Below, in pieces: positions 9,006 to 18,136 of a stretch of DNA of 64,000 nucleotides. Numbering within the stretch: the first letter of the stretch is position 1; every line of letters begins with the position of its first letter. The DNA is from a virus (taxonomy: Duplodnaviria > Caudoviricetes). A program made the translations under genes and the position numbers. The stretch lies in the IMG/VR virus record IMGVR_UViG_3300010163_000009, positions 32,001-96,000 of that record. The stretch is one strand, 5' to 3'. The notes under the pieces are model-generated. The model was not told the DNA's origin, did no database searches, and saw only the letters and a list, made by a program, of their open reading frames with translations.

Positions 9006-9120
9006 TATATTATTGATATATAAGTATTTATAAAAACAGTAAATATCTAAAATAGTTTAGTTGATTATTTAAATTGGATAATTGTGTACATGCTCTTAAA
9101 ACAAAATAGGCTGGAAAATT

Positions 9121-9128
9121 CTATTCTT
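9121..9128 (+). promoter_or_regulatory. Putative late promoter (CTATTCTT element) upstream of portal
   Basis: CTATTCTT begins 30 bp before the ATG; upstream CCC element poorly conserved in this copy. Confidence 0.5.
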
Positions 9129-9150
9129 CAGAAAGTAAACATAGTTACAA

Positions 9151-10479
9151 ATGGCTAAAGCAGAATTATCAGATAAATCACTTGTTACTCAGCAACTGGA
9201 AAGCGTATTTATGACCAGTAAGAAGAGTGTGCAAGAATATGTTAGGGAAATTGAGCGTAGGTGTCGGTTTCAATCTTCCTATCGACACTTACAAAATGGT
9301 ACGGTGCTGGATGACCGTAGCCGTTTAATAGATATATATGAAGCTTGTGTTCAGCAAGATGCACATTTACGAGGTGTTATGGAAACACTCTTTTCTCAGA
9401 TTGTAGGTGAAAGGTTTATGATGGCTAAGCAGAATGAGAAAGGGAAATACTCTAAAGACATATCTGCAACTCGAAAAATTCAGAATACGGAGTTCTTGAA
9501 AATCATACATGGTATCGCAGAATCAAAATTATATGGCTATACCGGGCTTGAATTTTTTGTTGACCCCAGTGCAGAGCGTGGTGGACTTAAAGTGAATTTC
9601 GTCGAGCGTCGAAATATTTTGGCAGATCAACGCAGGATTGTACAGCGTCAAGGTATTTGGATGCCTCAATGGAGTTTTGATGATCCAAAATATTCAGATC
9701 ATTATGTATTAATCAATAGTGGTGAGCTTGGACTGTTTTCGGCTGTTGCTCCTTTGATTTTGGCGAAAAAGTTCACATTTGCCAACTATGTAAACTTTTC
9801 GCATACTTACGGTCAACCTATTATTCATGGGAAAACTGAATCTGAAAATACCGTTGACCGCAAGCGTATGGCAAATGATATTGCAAGCGCAGCTCAGAAT
9901 AAGGTTATTGTTACCGGATTAAATGATGAAGTGGATATAAAGACGTTCACTATGTCTAATTCTGAGCATGTGTTTACAGGCTTAATCTCCATCGTTGACA
10001 AGGATGTTTCTAATCTTATTCTTGGCTCTGAGTCAATGGCCGGAGCAACACAGTCGTATGTTGGAGCAACAAGAGCGCATGAGAATATTTTTCGCGACCG
10101 TATAGAAGTTTATCGTGATTACATTGAACTTGTAATGAACGAGACTATCATACCTCGTTTAGTCCGGCTTGGCTATCTTCCGGATGGGTTGGAGTTCAAA
10201 TATTCAAAGCGTATTGAGATGTCTGACGAAGACCGCATACGTTTATTCCAGAATCTTACTACGTCATGGGAAATGGATCCGGAGACCATTGAGCAAGAAT
10301 TTGGTGTTAAGGTAAAACGACAACTTAACGTAATGGACGGTATGACAAGTGGTCCAGCTGGAGGTGGTGGCAGTGGTTATAGTCGTACTGCTACTCGTCA
10401 TCTTACTGATGAAGAATATTTCCGTCGATATGGTCATGCTCGTGAAACCAAAAATTTTCTTCGGGAGAGAGGGAAATAG
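9151..10479 (+). CDS. Portal protein (Mu gp29/DUF935-like)
   Basis: First gene of head module; LIDIYE...QQDAHL, SKLYGY, FSHTYGQPI, SNLILG, HE, MNETIIPRL features typical of Mu-like portals. Confidence 0.8.
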   Translation: MAKAELSDKSLVTQQLESVFMTSKKSVQEYVREIERRCRFQSSYRHLQNGTVLDDRSRLIDIYEACVQQDAHLRGVMETLFSQIVGERFMMAKQNEKGKYSKDISATRKIQNTEFLKIIHGIAESKLYGYTGLEFFVDPSAERGGLKVNFVERRNILADQRRIVQRQGIWMPQWSFDDPKYSDHYVLINSGELGLFSAVAPLILAKKFTFANYVNFSHTYGQPIIHGKTESENTVDRKRMANDIASAAQNKVIVTGLNDEVDIKTFTMSNSEHVFTGLISIVDKDVSNLILGSESMAGATQSYVGATRAHENIFRDRIEVYRDYIELVMNETIIPRLVRLGYLPDGLEFKYSKRIEMSDEDRIRLFQNLTTSWEMDPETIEQEFGVKVKRQLNVMDGMTSGPAGGGGSGYSRTATRHLTDEEYFRRYGHARETKNFLRERGK

Positions 10480-10496
10480 GTCCGCCCCCTCTCTCC
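10452..10496 (+). other. Putative programmed -1 ribosomal frameshift signal (portal to gpF-like fusion)
   Basis: A_AAT_TTT heptamer (10452-10458) in portal frame, 5-nt spacer, perfect 10-bp stem GGAGAGAGGG (10464-10473) / CCCTCTCTCC (10487-10496); -1 frame runs without a stop into 10509..11363. Confidence 0.75.
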
Positions 10497-10508
10497 AAAA
10501 TAGTTGCG

Positions 10509-11363
10509 TTGCGACAGCCTGATGACAGTAAGGACCGGCATGAAGAAGAGGTTGCTATTCTCCTTCCTTTATTCCATGATTTTGTGATTAGTGTGGTAAT
10601 CCATGAAGATGAATGGGAATCGCTGGAAGCGCTTATGGAAGCTCGTGCTGATATTGCTATTCGGAGAGCGTGTGCCGGATTCGGCATTGACTTTGAGGAG
10701 GCACTGCGGCTGATTCGTAATGCTGACGGACTTGATAGCGAGCAAATAGCTCAACGCAATATTGTTTTGTCCGCAGTTGATAATATGGTTGACTTTGCTG
10801 TAGCTGAAGAATATCAAATGGCTGATGATATGGCAGAGTTAGAAGAATTGTTAACTGAAGAGGAGGAGATGGAAGATGAAGATTGGTTTGAATTTTACTT
10901 GCCGGTCTTTTCCAAATTTCACGATCAATATATGCGGACCGAGAATATGGACATCGAGTATTCTATGATCATCGCAGCTTATCTGTCAACGATAAGAGAA
11001 GATACAGTATTGATGTATATGACTCAAGGCGATGAACGGGTACGCCCGTGGCATCTTCAATATGAAGGTTTTACTGCTCCAAAATCAAGATTTCCAGCAT
11101 GGCTTATTCCTCCTATTGAGCATCAATGTCGATGTTATCTTATAGAAGATACAGAAACGGTTTTTGCTTCTATTAAAGCATCGACAATCCCGGAAATGCC
11201 AGATTGGTTTAATCGTACATTCAAAGAAAGCGTGGCTTTGGGTGGCCGCATTTTTTCTGATGAACATCCATATTTTCAAGTTGATGAGCGGCATGTTGGC
11301 CGTCTCAATGCCATAGCAAAGCGTATTAAAGCAAAGTATTTGGAAGATGGCGAAGAACAATAG
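10509..11363 (+). CDS. Minor head / head morphogenesis protein (Mu gpF / SPP1 gp7-like), likely made as a portal fusion
   Basis: YMTQGDERVRPWH and PPIEHQCRC motifs; no ATG near the 5' end; frame open from 10446. Confidence 0.85.
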   Translation: MRQPDDSKDRHEEEVAILLPLFHDFVISVVIHEDEWESLEALMEARADIAIRRACAGFGIDFEEALRLIRNADGLDSEQIAQRNIVLSAVDNMVDFAVAEEYQMADDMAELEELLTEEEEMEDEDWFEFYLPVFSKFHDQYMRTENMDIEYSMIIAAYLSTIREDTVLMYMTQGDERVRPWHLQYEGFTAPKSRFPAWLIPPIEHQCRCYLIEDTETVFASIKASTIPEMPDWFNRTFKESVALGGRIFSDEHPYFQVDERHVGRLNAIAKRIKAKYLEDGEEQ

Positions 11364-11880
11364 AGGTATTCCGTTGACACCGCAACAATTTCGTGCTCAA
11401 TGGGAGCTATTACCTCACACTTTTGATTTGAATGTCTGGGATTTCCAAGTCTCGGTAGGTCAGTCTGCCGTAGATATTTTTCAAAAATCTTTTGATATGA
11501 AACGCTTCAATTCAAGAGGCAGTATGGTCTGGAAACATAACCCTAAACGGAATAAAGGCGGCTTTACCGTTGGTGGGCTTGTGGAATCTCGGTCATTGAG
11601 AAACTCTATTGTCTATGAAGCTGAATCTTATAACCGTTCCAGAGGAAAAGTAAAGGTGTTCACTGACCCAAAAGCATTTAGTGGAACTTACAATCATAAA
11701 GGATTTTGCTTTGCCGCAGTACACAACTCGGATGACTCTTCTGTGAGAACCGGACGGGTGGCCAATATGCCCCAGCGTCAGTTTATGCCTACTGAGAAAC
11801 GAGACTCTTCGGTTATGAACGATAAGTTACGAGAATTGGAAAGAATATTTTTTAGAACATTCCCAGGTGTAAGACGATGA
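11347..11880 (+). CDS. Virion morphogenesis protein (Mu gpG-like neck/tail completion)
   Basis: LVESRSLRNSI, FAAVHN, NMPQRQFM motifs; position after gpF-like gene. Confidence 0.7.
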   Translation: MAKNNRGIPLTPQQFRAQWELLPHTFDLNVWDFQVSVGQSAVDIFQKSFDMKRFNSRGSMVWKHNPKRNKGGFTVGGLVESRSLRNSIVYEAESYNRSRGKVKVFTDPKAFSGTYNHKGFCFAAVHNSDDSSVRTGRVANMPQRQFMPTEKRDSSVMNDKLRELERIFFRTFPGVRR

Positions 11881-12605
11881 TAATTGATAAGCATAAACCA
11901 ACACAACCGACAGTGCCGGAAGATGTTCCTGTTGTTTTCCAACCGGAGCTTGATGAAGTACAGGAAGTAGTTGAAACTAACGTTATGATTGAAGCATATA
12001 AGGCTGTACGAAAGATTTTGGAGTCTATTCCTAAAGACCCCACAGATCCAAACAGCCCTCCTTTGTTTAAAACTATCAAATTGGATAACGGACAGTTAAC
12101 CCGTATTAAAAACAATGGGCATAATAAGGAATATGGAATAGTATTTCCTGCTGTATTCATTCACTATATCAATATTTATTACAATGTTGGTGCGGCGAAT
12201 ATAGCTGAAGGAAAAGGGACGATGCGTATTCATTATGTTCTCAATCGATTAAATAACAGTGATGATGAAGTTGAGTGTGAAGGTATGGAAGTATATAAAC
12301 GTATTGTTTCTGCTATTGAATCACAAAAGAGTGATTTTCCTGCATTGGTGTCTCGATTCCAGTTGGAATACTGGGACCAGCCACTAACATTTGATGATGC
12401 TTTACAGCCTTATTGGATAGATTATCAAATTTGGTTCCAAGACTTCACTGCATACGCCTACAAAAATTATAAAGACGTATATGTTACCGTGCCACCATTT
12501 ACTCAGCCAAGTGACCAAAATGAAATTGCGAATCCTGATAATATTCCAAATCACGAATATCCGAAGTTTGAAGACATTGCAGGATTTAGAGATAAAAAGC
12601 AATGA
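11877..12605 (+). CDS. Putative tail terminator / head-tail joining protein
   Basis: FPAVFIHY motif; position in morphogenesis operon. Confidence 0.45.
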   Translation: MIIDKHKPTQPTVPEDVPVVFQPELDEVQEVVETNVMIEAYKAVRKILESIPKDPTDPNSPPLFKTIKLDNGQLTRIKNNGHNKEYGIVFPAVFIHYINIYYNVGAANIAEGKGTMRIHYVLNRLNNSDDEVECEGMEVYKRIVSAIESQKSDFPALVSRFQLEYWDQPLTFDDALQPYWIDYQIWFQDFTAYAYKNYKDVYVTVPPFTQPSDQNEIANPDNIPNHEYPKFEDIAGFRDKKQ

Positions 12606-12639
12606 TTTCACCCTACCATATTTGCAATCCTCTATTCTT
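12606..12639 (+). promoter_or_regulatory. Putative late promoter
   Basis: TTTCACCC (12606-12613) N18 CTATTCTT (12632-12639); ATG at 12659. Confidence 0.7.
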
Positions 12640-12658
12640 GGAAAAAGAGTAATCAATC

Positions 12659-13930
12659 ATGGATGCAGAAAATTTGAAATATGTAGTTGGTAGGGCTGAG
12701 GAAGGTCGGCCAGCTATCATTCGTTTTTTTTCAGCTGTAGATGAGTATAGTGTTCGTTGTTTTAACGATGAATTTTTGTGGTTGCAAGACTATGTAAAGC
12801 CTTCAAAGATTATCGTAATGATTAACTCTGAAGGAGGCTCTGTGCTGTACGGAATGAGCACGTTCTCAGTCATCCGCTCTTGTCCGATTGAAGTTGATTG
12901 TGTGATAGAAGGCATTGCTGCTTCAATGGCCAGTGTTATTTGGGCTGCTGGTGACAATCTTTATATGCACGATTATTCATTGCTGATGATTCACAATCCT
13001 TTTAACACAAACGTGGAAGATGCTGACCCATCAGTGAAGCAAACTGTTGAAGCATTCCGATCACAACTGGAAACTATCTACACTAAACGGTTTGGACTTG
13101 CCAAAGACAAGGTTGCAGAAATTATGAACGGCGAAGGCGATGCCGACGGCACGTTCTTTAGCGCTAAGGACGCTGTTAAGGCAGGGTTCCTCCCTTCGGA
13201 GAATGTTATCAAGACCTCTAAAAAGGTACGAGACAAAGTGAAAAGCGAAATGATAGGCATTGATAACGCAGCAGATATGCGCAACATCATGTCAGCCGTA
13301 TCTGCCGAGGTCGATGAAAATAAACTTATCGAAGCTATTTGTGCTATTCGTAATCAGACAGATAATAATTATTCACCAATCCAAGAAAACAAAATGGAAA
13401 ATAACGAAAAAAACAATTTCGACGCCATTTCAGCACAACTTGGACTCGCTAAGGACACTCAGGCCGCAGCGATTGAAGCTCGCATTGCTGAGTTGATCAA
13501 TGCAGAAGCAGCACTCAAGGAAACTCAGAGTGAGCTCACTGCTACGAAGATCAAACTTGAAGGCAAGGAAGCCGAACTCGCTAACGCCAACAGCGAAATT
13601 ACCGAGACTAAGGCAGCGCTTCAGGCGTACAAGGATGCAGAGCAAGCAGCTCGCACAGCCGAGATTGAAGCCGTTATCGACGATGCAATCAAGGCAGGTA
13701 AAATTGAGGCTTCTGCAAAAGATGCTTGGACTAAGATGGCTGAGTCTGACTTCGCCACCGTAAAGAGCACTCTTGCATCAATCCAAGCACGTGAAAAAAT
13801 CACAGAGAAAATCGCTGAAGACCCGGAAAACGTGGCCAAGATTGAGGACACCATGAAAGATGTGGATGCCAAAATGAAGGAGGCCATCAAGGAACATCTG
13901 GGTGAGGTGAAATTCGAGAAATTTGACTAA
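12659..13930 (+). CDS. ClpP-type prohead protease with C-terminal coiled-coil scaffold
   Basis: INSEGGSV, GIAASMAS, LMIHNP; Ala/Glu/Lys-rich helical C-half; directly upstream of capsid. Confidence 0.9.
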   Translation: MDAENLKYVVGRAEEGRPAIIRFFSAVDEYSVRCFNDEFLWLQDYVKPSKIIVMINSEGGSVLYGMSTFSVIRSCPIEVDCVIEGIAASMASVIWAAGDNLYMHDYSLLMIHNPFNTNVEDADPSVKQTVEAFRSQLETIYTKRFGLAKDKVAEIMNGEGDADGTFFSAKDAVKAGFLPSENVIKTSKKVRDKVKSEMIGIDNAADMRNIMSAVSAEVDENKLIEAICAIRNQTDNNYSPIQENKMENNEKNNFDAISAQLGLAKDTQAAAIEARIAELINAEAALKETQSELTATKIKLEGKEAELANANSEITETKAALQAYKDAEQAARTAEIEAVIDDAIKAGKIEASAKDAWTKMAESDFATVKSTLASIQAREKITEKIAEDPENVAKIEDTMKDVDAKMKEAIKEHLGEVKFEKFD

Positions 13931-13945
13931 TCCCAATTAACCAAC

Positions 13946-15037
13946 ATGGCAACAATCAATTTTGCCGGTAACACTTACGCGGGTGAGGTTCTTGAAGACC
14001 TCCTTGTTTATACCGCGAAGGGAAATGAGACCTATGAGGCTGGTCTTGTTCATGTGAAGCCCGGTATTCAGAAACGTTACGTTTTGCCTCACATTCAGCT
14101 GGGTTCGATTATTCAGGATAACAAGCCCACGCCTACTTCTACTGAAGGAGCTGCCAATGATGACACTGGCTTTAACCAGTATAAACTCTCTGAGCGTTAT
14201 CTCGACCCTCAGGACTTTATGGTCTATTTGGAGTTCAATCCCCGTGACTTTGAGGAGTATTGGCGTTTCGCTCAGCCGGAAGGTCCGCTGGTTTTCCGTG
14301 AACTGGCTCCTGAGGTTCAGAAGACCATGCTTCGTCTGCTTCTGGACAAGAAAGATCAGTATATCAACGACTGCATCTGGTGTGGTAAGAAGGGTGGCGT
14401 AGATGCCAACATCGCCGGCCCTGCCAATGGCACTCAGCTTGGTGGTGCGACTTCTGCCGGTTTGATGAAGTATTTTGACGGTGCTCTCGCTCGTGTACTC
14501 GCCAATTTCAAAGCCCAGGCGGCTGTATCTGCCGGTACTGCAACTGATGCAGACAAGAACGAGGTAGCTTCCGGTAAAGTTATCCTCGCCGGTTCAACAG
14601 AGTTCAAGGATGGTAAGGACGTTGAAGACGCTCTCTATGCTATCTGGATGAAAACTCCGGCACATGTCCGTAAATCCAAGAAGCTCAAGTTCGTCATGGG
14701 CTGGGATGTATGGGATACGTATGACCAGTACCTGACAACTCAGAAAGAGTTCAAGTATGTTGAGAACCCGGATGTCAATAAGCGCACTTTCAAGGGAAAG
14801 CAGATTGTCGTTATCGATGGCCTGCCTGAGTCAACAATCTTCTTTGGCAAGTTCTCGACCGATCAGGATTCTTGCCTCTGGATGGCAATTGACTACAGCA
14901 CCGATGAAGAGAGCGTAAAGGTTGAGCGTCTTCAGGCCAATTCGGAGATGTATTTCTTCCAGATGCGAATGAAGATGGACATCAATCTGGTTCGTCCCGG
15001 TGAACTGGTAGTGTGGACACCCTACACAAACGCATAA
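13946..15037 (+). CDS. Major capsid protein
   Basis: 363 aa following protease/scaffold and followed by a strong terminator. Confidence 0.75.
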   Translation: MATINFAGNTYAGEVLEDLLVYTAKGNETYEAGLVHVKPGIQKRYVLPHIQLGSIIQDNKPTPTSTEGAANDDTGFNQYKLSERYLDPQDFMVYLEFNPRDFEEYWRFAQPEGPLVFRELAPEVQKTMLRLLLDKKDQYINDCIWCGKKGGVDANIAGPANGTQLGGATSAGLMKYFDGALARVLANFKAQAAVSAGTATDADKNEVASGKVILAGSTEFKDGKDVEDALYAIWMKTPAHVRKSKKLKFVMGWDVWDTYDQYLTTQKEFKYVENPDVNKRTFKGKQIVVIDGLPESTIFFGKFSTDQDSCLWMAIDYSTDEESVKVERLQANSEMYFFQMRMKMDINLVRPGELVVWTPYTNA

Positions 15038-15061
15038 CCCGATAACAGCAAGTATCATCGG

Positions 15062-15099
15062 AAAGAGGAGTGGAGACAGCGAAACTCCGCTCCTCTTTT
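15062..15099 (+). terminator. Rho-independent terminator after capsid gene
   Basis: AAAGAGGAGTGGAG...CTCCGCTCCTCTTTT hairpin with U-tract. Confidence 0.8.
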
Positions 15100-15122
15100 C
15101 AATTTAAGACCACTTTATAACT

Positions 15123-15509
15123 ATGGCTAAGAAGAAAACCACAGAAACGGCTGAAGCAACTGCACCTGAAGTGACAACGCTTGAGACTCCTGTACAAGAA
15201 GTATCTGAAGCATCGACAGCCGAAGCCAATCAGCCTGAACCTACAGAGGTTAAGACTGAAACAGAGACCAATGTTGAGACCGAGGCAACAAGCCATGAAG
15301 AGGAAACTGCTACAGAACAAGCTCCCGCAGAAGTTGCTCCAGAACCTGTTACTCCGGTAATTCCGGATAAGGCATTGGCATATCTCCGTCGTCACCCTGA
15401 AGACAAGGAAGTGTACATCGACAAGTTCGGCGGTGTATTTCCGGTAAGCATCCCCAAAGTGTTTGTGACGGATGCCGTCCTCTACCAAAATCCATTTTAC
15501 AAACAATAA
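15123..15509 (+). CDS. Hypothetical protein with disordered acidic E/T/A/P-rich N-terminus
   Basis: 128-aa ORF between capsid and sheath. Confidence 0.7.
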   Translation: MAKKKTTETAEATAPEVTTLETPVQEVSEASTAEANQPEPTEVKTETETNVETEATSHEEETATEQAPAEVAPEPVTPVIPDKALAYLRRHPEDKEVYIDKFGGVFPVSIPKVFVTDAVLYQNPFYKQ

Positions 15510-15521
15510 AACTATCATACA

Positions 15522-16856
15522 ATGGCATTAGGAAATGTTTTTATGAGAGACACGGATGGCAATATTCCAGTATTGCGATCCAACACTATTGAAAAAGTGT
15601 GTGGTCTCATTTTCGACATCTCTGGTCAGACTAACTTCTGGACTGAAGGCGGTGGAGCCAACATTGCTGACACTTGGAAGGACAAGATAATAGAGCTTAA
15701 TAGCCTCAATGATGCTATTGAAGCTGGTATTACTGCTTATACCGGAGAAGTTGACAGCGAGACCAGTGTAAGCACCGATGTCTTGGCAGGTATTCCTTAT
15801 TATCACATTCGCCAGTTCTTTAATATGGCTGGCGGTAGTGGTCGTCTGTTTGTCATGTTCGCAGATTGTTCTAATGATTGGAACGCAATTATTGAAATGC
15901 AGCGTGCAGCCAGTGGGTCGATTTTCCAAATTGGCGTATGGACAGAACAGCAACTTTGGAATAAGCCTGATGAGAGTGCTAACGCTTATTCTATCGGTCT
16001 TGTAGCCGATATTAACCGTGCAGCAGTTGAGCTTGCTGATGAGTATTTTGCTCCGGCATCGATCCTTCTCTGTGCTAATACTTCCAAGGTAAAGGTAGGT
16101 ACTGCAACAACCAATCAGGTTGCAATCAGTCAGATACCTTCGTGTGTAGTTGATGCCCGTTATGTTACGGTGCTTTTGTCTCAGTCAATGGAAGAGGATG
16201 TTCGACGTATGCAGGCTTCTCTCGCATCGACAACCCCTGTTGGCGTTTTGGGTCTTGCCCTTGGAACCCTTACACAAGCCGGTGTCGGTGAGTCTATCGG
16301 TTGGGTTCGTCAGTTTGATCTTGTGAATTATGTTCCGGCAATCGAAATGGGATTTGGTGACTCTACTGTTGTCGAAGGTCTTATCACCAATGGACTTAGC
16401 TACTCTGCATTGAGCAAGGCTCAACTTAATGCGTTGGAGGAAGCTGGTTATGTGTTTGTCCGCTCTTTTGAGGGGCTGGAAGGACATACTTACTTTGCTA
16501 ACGACCACACTTGCTCTGCTGGAGACTTCTGTACCATTTCACGTAACAGAACAATCAACAAGTCCCGTCGTCTCATTCGTATTGCGTTGCTTCCTTATGT
16601 GAACTCGCCAATTAAAGTTGATCCCTCTAATGGCAATCTGTCTTCCGCTCAGGTAACTGTTTTCGAGAATTTGCTCAAAGACATCCTGGATGAGATGGAA
16701 AGCGCAGAGGAAATCAGCGGAACATCTTTTATAACTGTTCCTGCTGAACAGAATATTCTCGTCACCAAAAAGTTGACTCTCTCGTATGGTATCGTTCCGA
16801 TGGGCTGTGCCGAGTCTATCGAAGTCACGGAAGGTCTCTACGTTAGTCAGCAGTAA
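15522..16856 (+). CDS. Tail sheath protein
   Basis: 444 aa; YYHIRQFF, ESIGWV, LEEAGYVF, RTINKSRR features of Bacteroidota sheath (DUF2586-like); precedes tube gene. Confidence 0.8.
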   Translation: MALGNVFMRDTDGNIPVLRSNTIEKVCGLIFDISGQTNFWTEGGGANIADTWKDKIIELNSLNDAIEAGITAYTGEVDSETSVSTDVLAGIPYYHIRQFFNMAGGSGRLFVMFADCSNDWNAIIEMQRAASGSIFQIGVWTEQQLWNKPDESANAYSIGLVADINRAAVELADEYFAPASILLCANTSKVKVGTATTNQVAISQIPSCVVDARYVTVLLSQSMEEDVRRMQASLASTTPVGVLGLALGTLTQAGVGESIGWVRQFDLVNYVPAIEMGFGDSTVVEGLITNGLSYSALSKAQLNALEEAGYVFVRSFEGLEGHTYFANDHTCSAGDFCTISRNRTINKSRRLIRIALLPYVNSPIKVDPSNGNLSSAQVTVFENLLKDILDEMESAEEISGTSFITVPAEQNILVTKKLTLSYGIVPMGCAESIEVTEGLYVSQQ

Positions 16857-16874
16857 TAAAAATCACATACGACA

Positions 16875-17324
16875 ATGATTATCAATAATGTGGCCTATTC
16901 GTGGGCAATGGTTCAGCTGACTTCTTTGGCACTCACAGGGTCAGCAAACCCGAATCCTATCATTCTTCAGGGTGTGAATGCTATCAAGTGGAACAGGAAG
17001 AAGAAGGTGGAGACTAACTATGGTCTTGGTGGTGAGCCGGTAAATCGTGGTTTTGGTAACACTGAATACACAGCTCAAATCACGATGGATTACAACACTC
17101 AGGTTCAGCTTCGAGCACTCAAAGGTTCTTTGATGGCTATTGGTGAATTTGACTTGGTAATTTCGTTCGCAAATGAGTTTAATTCTGAAGACTTCTCAAC
17201 AGAGACTGTTACATTGAAGGGTTGTCTCTTTAACGAAGACGGTATGGAAGTTTCTCAGGATGACACCAACATCACCAAGGAGTTCGAGCTTAATCCTTTC
17301 AAGATTGAACTGAGTATTAAATAA
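16875..17324 (+). CDS. Tail tube protein
   Basis: 149 aa after sheath; YSWA, NYGLGGEPVNRGFGN, TLKGCLF. Confidence 0.8.
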   Translation: MIINNVAYSWAMVQLTSLALTGSANPNPIILQGVNAIKWNRKKKVETNYGLGGEPVNRGFGNTEYTAQITMDYNTQVQLRALKGSLMAIGEFDLVISFANEFNSEDFSTETVTLKGCLFNEDGMEVSQDDTNITKEFELNPFKIELSIK

Positions 17325-17355
17325 TTTCTTCCATAGGATTTATTAGAGTGAATGG

Positions 17356-17393
17356 ATGCGGCACTGGTATTATTCTGGTGTCGCATTTTATTT
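17356..17393 (+). terminator. Putative terminator after tail tube
   Basis: ATGCGGCACT...GGTGTCGCAT hairpin with G-U pairs followed by TTTATTT. Confidence 0.55.
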
Positions 17394-17399
17394 GAGGAT

Positions 17400-17433
17400 T
17401 TTCACCCACGTAAACAATGGATGTTCTATTCTT
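17400..17433 (+). promoter_or_regulatory. Putative late promoter
   Basis: TTTCACCC (17400-17407) N18 CTATTCTT (17426-17433). Confidence 0.7.
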
Positions 17434-17466
17434 TATTGAATATCAATTTTAATCACAATTAAAATT

Positions 17467-17862
17467 ATGGAAGAAAAAGAAACCCTTGAACTTCAGGCAA
17501 TCGAAGAAATCGATCCTAAGCTTCGTGCAGCCGTTGAGAAGAAGGTTGCAGACTTGAAAGCAAATAACCCAAAGGCAAAAATTTTCCCGCTCATGGTGGA
17601 TGGTGATCCTGATGACGAGAAAGAAGTGTATATCGGCTATTTCACACAGCCATCGTTTATCACTTTCTCCAAGTACATGACTTTCGCTCAGAAAGATCAA
17701 GTATCTGCTATGCGCCAGCTCGCCCGCGACTGTTTCCTTGATGGAGACCGTGAACTCATTGACGACGATTCTCTGTTCCTTTTCGGTCTTATGGGGCAGT
17801 TAAACAATATAATCCAGATGCGCGGCGGTCGTGTTATAAATTTATCGAAGCCTGGGAAGTAA
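17467..17862 (+). CDS. Tail assembly chaperone (gpG-like)
   Basis: 131 aa between tube and tape measure; ends with a slippery site. Confidence 0.75.
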   Translation: MEEKETLELQAIEEIDPKLRAAVEKKVADLKANNPKAKIFPLMVDGDPDDEKEVYIGYFTQPSFITFSKYMTFAQKDQVSAMRQLARDCFLDGDRELIDDDSLFLFGLMGQLNNIIQMRGGRVINLSKPGK

Positions 17863-18029
17863 GAGAGGGCGATTATTTTCGTCAAAAAATAATTCTCTTA
17901 CGACATTACTTTCCAGGCATCAATATCGATGACCTTGACGAAGAAGAATTTGCCAGACTTGTCTGTGACGCAGAATGGATGCACAGCCAAATGGTTATCA
18001 CAAGACATGCAAATGCTTTAGGATTATAA
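17838..18029 (+). CDS. -1 frameshift extension of the tail chaperone (gpGT-like)
   Basis: A_AAT_TTA heptamer at 17838-17844; -1 frame reads IEAWEVREGDYFRQKIILLRHYFPG...ALGL* to 18029 with no early ATG. Confidence 0.75.
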   Translation, partial: KFIEAWEVREGDYFRQKIILLRHYFPGINIDDLDEEEFARLVCDAEWMHSQMVITRHANALGL

Positions 18030-18047
18030 TGCGATAACTCGTTGAAA

Positions 18048-18086
18048 AGCCCCGTTGTAAATCTTGTACAACGGGGCTAATCTTTT
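18048..18086 (+). terminator. Terminator after chaperone genes
   Basis: 12-bp stem AGCCCCGTTGTA / TACAACGGGGCT followed by AATCTTTT. Confidence 0.7.
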
Positions 18087-18116
18087 CCCCATGCCATTGC
18101 TTCTATCTCTATTCTT
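18083..18116 (+). promoter_or_regulatory. Putative late promoter
   Basis: TTTTCCCC (18083-18090) N18 CTATTCTT (18109-18116); ATG at 18137. Confidence 0.65.
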
Positions 18117-18136
18117 TGTAAAAGACATATTTAATT

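Noticed and set aside
10477-10503. Amber readthrough or alternative genetic code at the portal TAG
   Set aside because: Readthrough meets another TAG at 10501-10503 and the next gene is in the -1 frame; long genes are intact under the standard code
17853-17859. TGGGAAG as a lambda-like GGGAAAG slippery site
   Set aside because: Not an X_XXY_YYZ heptamer; A_AAT_TTA at 17838 fits better
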